Shown: positions 34,916 through 37,555 of the stretch, in pieces
Layout: each line of letters starts with the position of its first letter
How positions within the stretch are numbered: the stretch's first letter is position 1
From: Octopus bimaculoides
Taxonomy: Eukaryota
NCBI RefSeq assembly: GCF_001194135.2
Contig: NC_068983.1
Location: 139,972,394 to 140,009,948 of the forward strand
DNA length: 37,555 nucleotides
Direction of reading: 5' to 3'
The notes under the pieces: model-generated
What the model saw: the letters and a program-made list of their open reading frames with translations, nothing else
Told to the model about the DNA's origin: nothing
Database searches by the model: none
Translations under genes and position numbers: made by a program

Positions 34916-37357
34916 TTCTTCATGTTACTCTCACACTTATTTCTGGTGTATATGCTAATATGCAAACAAAACGCCGTGTCAATTATCTATAGAACTGTCA
35001 CTAGGAAACACGATTCACTTTAATGAAATCGACTCCAGAGGTAACAGAGAAAATTCATATCCCCGGTGAGTGAACTCTCAGAACACAAGGGAGCTATTGT
35101 TGATAGTGTTAGGGCATTAAATCAGCTGCTCGAGGTTTTCCAAAGAACTTCATTCTTCCGCTACTCACTTATTAAATAGTAAAATGAATTAAAGTGAAGT
35201 TAGCATCATTGGAGAAATGCGATACGATTTCTTAATTAAATAAGCAGCACCAAAGGGATACTTAGCTTTTAGAAGATTTAATAAAGGTATGACATAAAAG
35301 TTTATACACACACATATATATATATATATTCATAGAGACAGAGAGAGGGAGAAAGAAGAGGAGAATGAACTACCTAACATTCCCACTTTGAAATTAGCAG
35401 GATTTGACCTAGAACATTTGGTTATACGCATGTTTGTTTCAATAAACCGACAGAATTTACCAAGAAAAGGTGTGTTATATATTAATAAAATTGTTTTCCA
35501 GTATGCGTAAAGCTGCCAAATATGCAATGCAGAATGCTGTAAATTGGCGCGAAACATCAGTAGTATACTTTGTAAACTTTTGTTTAAATGACATTTCTCA
35601 TTCGTGTATATCATAGAACAAAACATAATAAATGAAGTTAATTGATAACGCTATTATTTCATTTGAAACCGTAATTGAATACCGTGTGTCGTTCATTCTT
35701 TAAACTTTTATAATAAGTTAAAACAGTTGTCGGTATCTAAGATGCGAATGGAAAGAAAAAACGTCTTATAATATTTGGGAATCGGAAGTGATCAAGGGAA
35801 TGCCATACAACCACCAGCTGGAACTCCAATACATGTTCTGAACAATTCTAATGTATACGATATAAAAAATTCGGAACATTGACAAGCCAGTACCTCAATA
35901 TAGTATTTTTGCTTCTAATTTTGCCAACAGTGTGTAAATAGAGAGTTTATAGTTGCTTACAGCTCTTGAATAACCTACAGAACGCAAACTTTTCACTAAT
36001 ATTTCCATAGATACACGCCGGTGACTATCAATGATTGTCATTGGAATTGATAAACAAAGCAACGCCTACGTTCTATATAAATTAAAATGATTTAAATCGA
36101 AATTGGACATTTGTTGGCAGGAGATTTCTGGATGTAGTTGCATCCAAGGGAATTCGTACTCTTCATGACATGTATCATAAGCTGCTTAATCATTTCCCTT
36201 GCACCACTGAATAACTGCACTCGATTTAAATTATTCAGCAGGTATGGATGTTGCAAAGCTTTGGGAGTGATTTCAATGATGATAACGTAAACTACCTATA
36301 CATAATGTAAATCGTTTGCTGTTACGAACATGTGCATGGTTAACATTTAGGACATCATGTACATTCATTCATGATGCCCCAACATTGTTGTTTTGTTATT
36401 TTAAAACCAGTTTGAATATTTCTGTAAGAATAACTTTTATGTCTAATCCATTGATATTTGAACTGAAACCTCAGGGGCCAAACTGAGAACAACATTTTCG
36501 GGTATTTAATTTCCGTAGATTATTAAATATACAAAGAAATTTATATATATTTATAGATATGATTAATCATTGTTCTTTTAATCTCGGAACAACAGTGAAA
36601 TTTATTCAAAATTATATTGATTATTTGTAAAACGTTTCCATTTTTTAAATTATATTTTACATTTAATCTAATTTTGTCATAGCTTTGAAATATTGTCAAT
36701 ATAAATTATAACATTTCATTGAGAAATTATGTTTACGTTTTTCTTTTTAAATTCTCAACTGAATATATTTCAAATAGATATCAATGATTCTTTTGTTACT
36801 TAGGCCTTCTCTTTGTTTATGACGTTTGTTGAGTAAACAAAATATTAAATACAACGATTTAAAGTAATAACAATTTTTAAAATATTGAATTTTCAGTTTG
36901 CTTTCTGATATTAATTTTTATTCCATTTATTTATTCATTTCTTATCGAATAAACTTTTGAAGGTCTAAGTTACATTCTCTATGTCTAGCATGTCTTTTAT
37001 AATTACTTCATGTGTTATGAAGAGACAACGATCAGAATTTACAGAAAAAAGTGCTAATTTAATTATTCCCAACTCCAATATACTAACGGTAGCCAAAAAT
37101 GTCTCATTACATTATAATAAATAAACTAATTAAAAACAAACCCAGTTTAATTTAATTTATTCTTCGAAGCTATAGTCGCATTATGCCTCAGATTATCACA
37201 ATTTCATTGAGGGAGAGAAGTAATTCGCACTTCACCAACGGTCGGGTTCTTATTTCAGTTGTATAATATGGCTGATGCTAGCCAATTCCAAAAGGGAACA
37301 AAGGAGAAAGGCCCATTGTTTTATTCATTATCCTCTGCGTATCAGATTATTTGAGAT

Positions 37358-37498
37358 GCACACACACATATATACCCACACATACGCACACACACTTATA
37401 TAAATACATAGATAAATATATATACATATATATATATATAGATAGATATACATGCATACAGGTATATTTGTATATATGTGTATATATATACACACATT

Positions 37499-37534
<36 letters not shown>

Positions 37535-37555
37535 CAGATATATATATATATATAT
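37358..37555. repeat. (CA)n/(TA)n compound microsatellite to window end
   Basis: Directly visible. Confidence 0.95.

Overview
This is AT-rich eukaryotic (animal) genomic DNA from a gapped draft scaffold with 12 N-gaps. It is saturated with microsatellites ((TA)n, (CA)n, (TAGA)n, (AAT)n, (ATC)n, (GAA)n) and decayed retroelements. I found no host protein-coding gene that I can support; nearly all ORFs in the track are microsatellite, N-gap or antisense artefacts. Recognisable content: a CR1/L2-group LINE 3' half (3385-4470, +), an R4/Dong-like RLE-LINE 3' end embedded in (TAA)n (2501-2798, -), two RTE-clade relics (11575-12215 -, 29890-30350 +), a very old I-group-like LINE (about 25650-28700, -), Penelope-like element (PLE) relics, and two tRNA-derived SINE families (several copies). 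The SINE and PLE families resemble repeats I recall from octopus/cephalopod genomes; this is inference from memory, not a database result. The most interesting signal that a normal repeat annotation would miss is a set of four type I hammerhead-ribozyme-shaped motifs (3103-3185 +, 5093-5128 +, 6177-6222 +, 19196-19232 -). Each has core or stem lesions, three sit in PLE-like context, and one has an extended stem III and no obvious PLE partner. Other items are a degenerate ~81-bp tandem array (29449-29800) and an ETS-CRE composite promoter-like motif (10695-10709).
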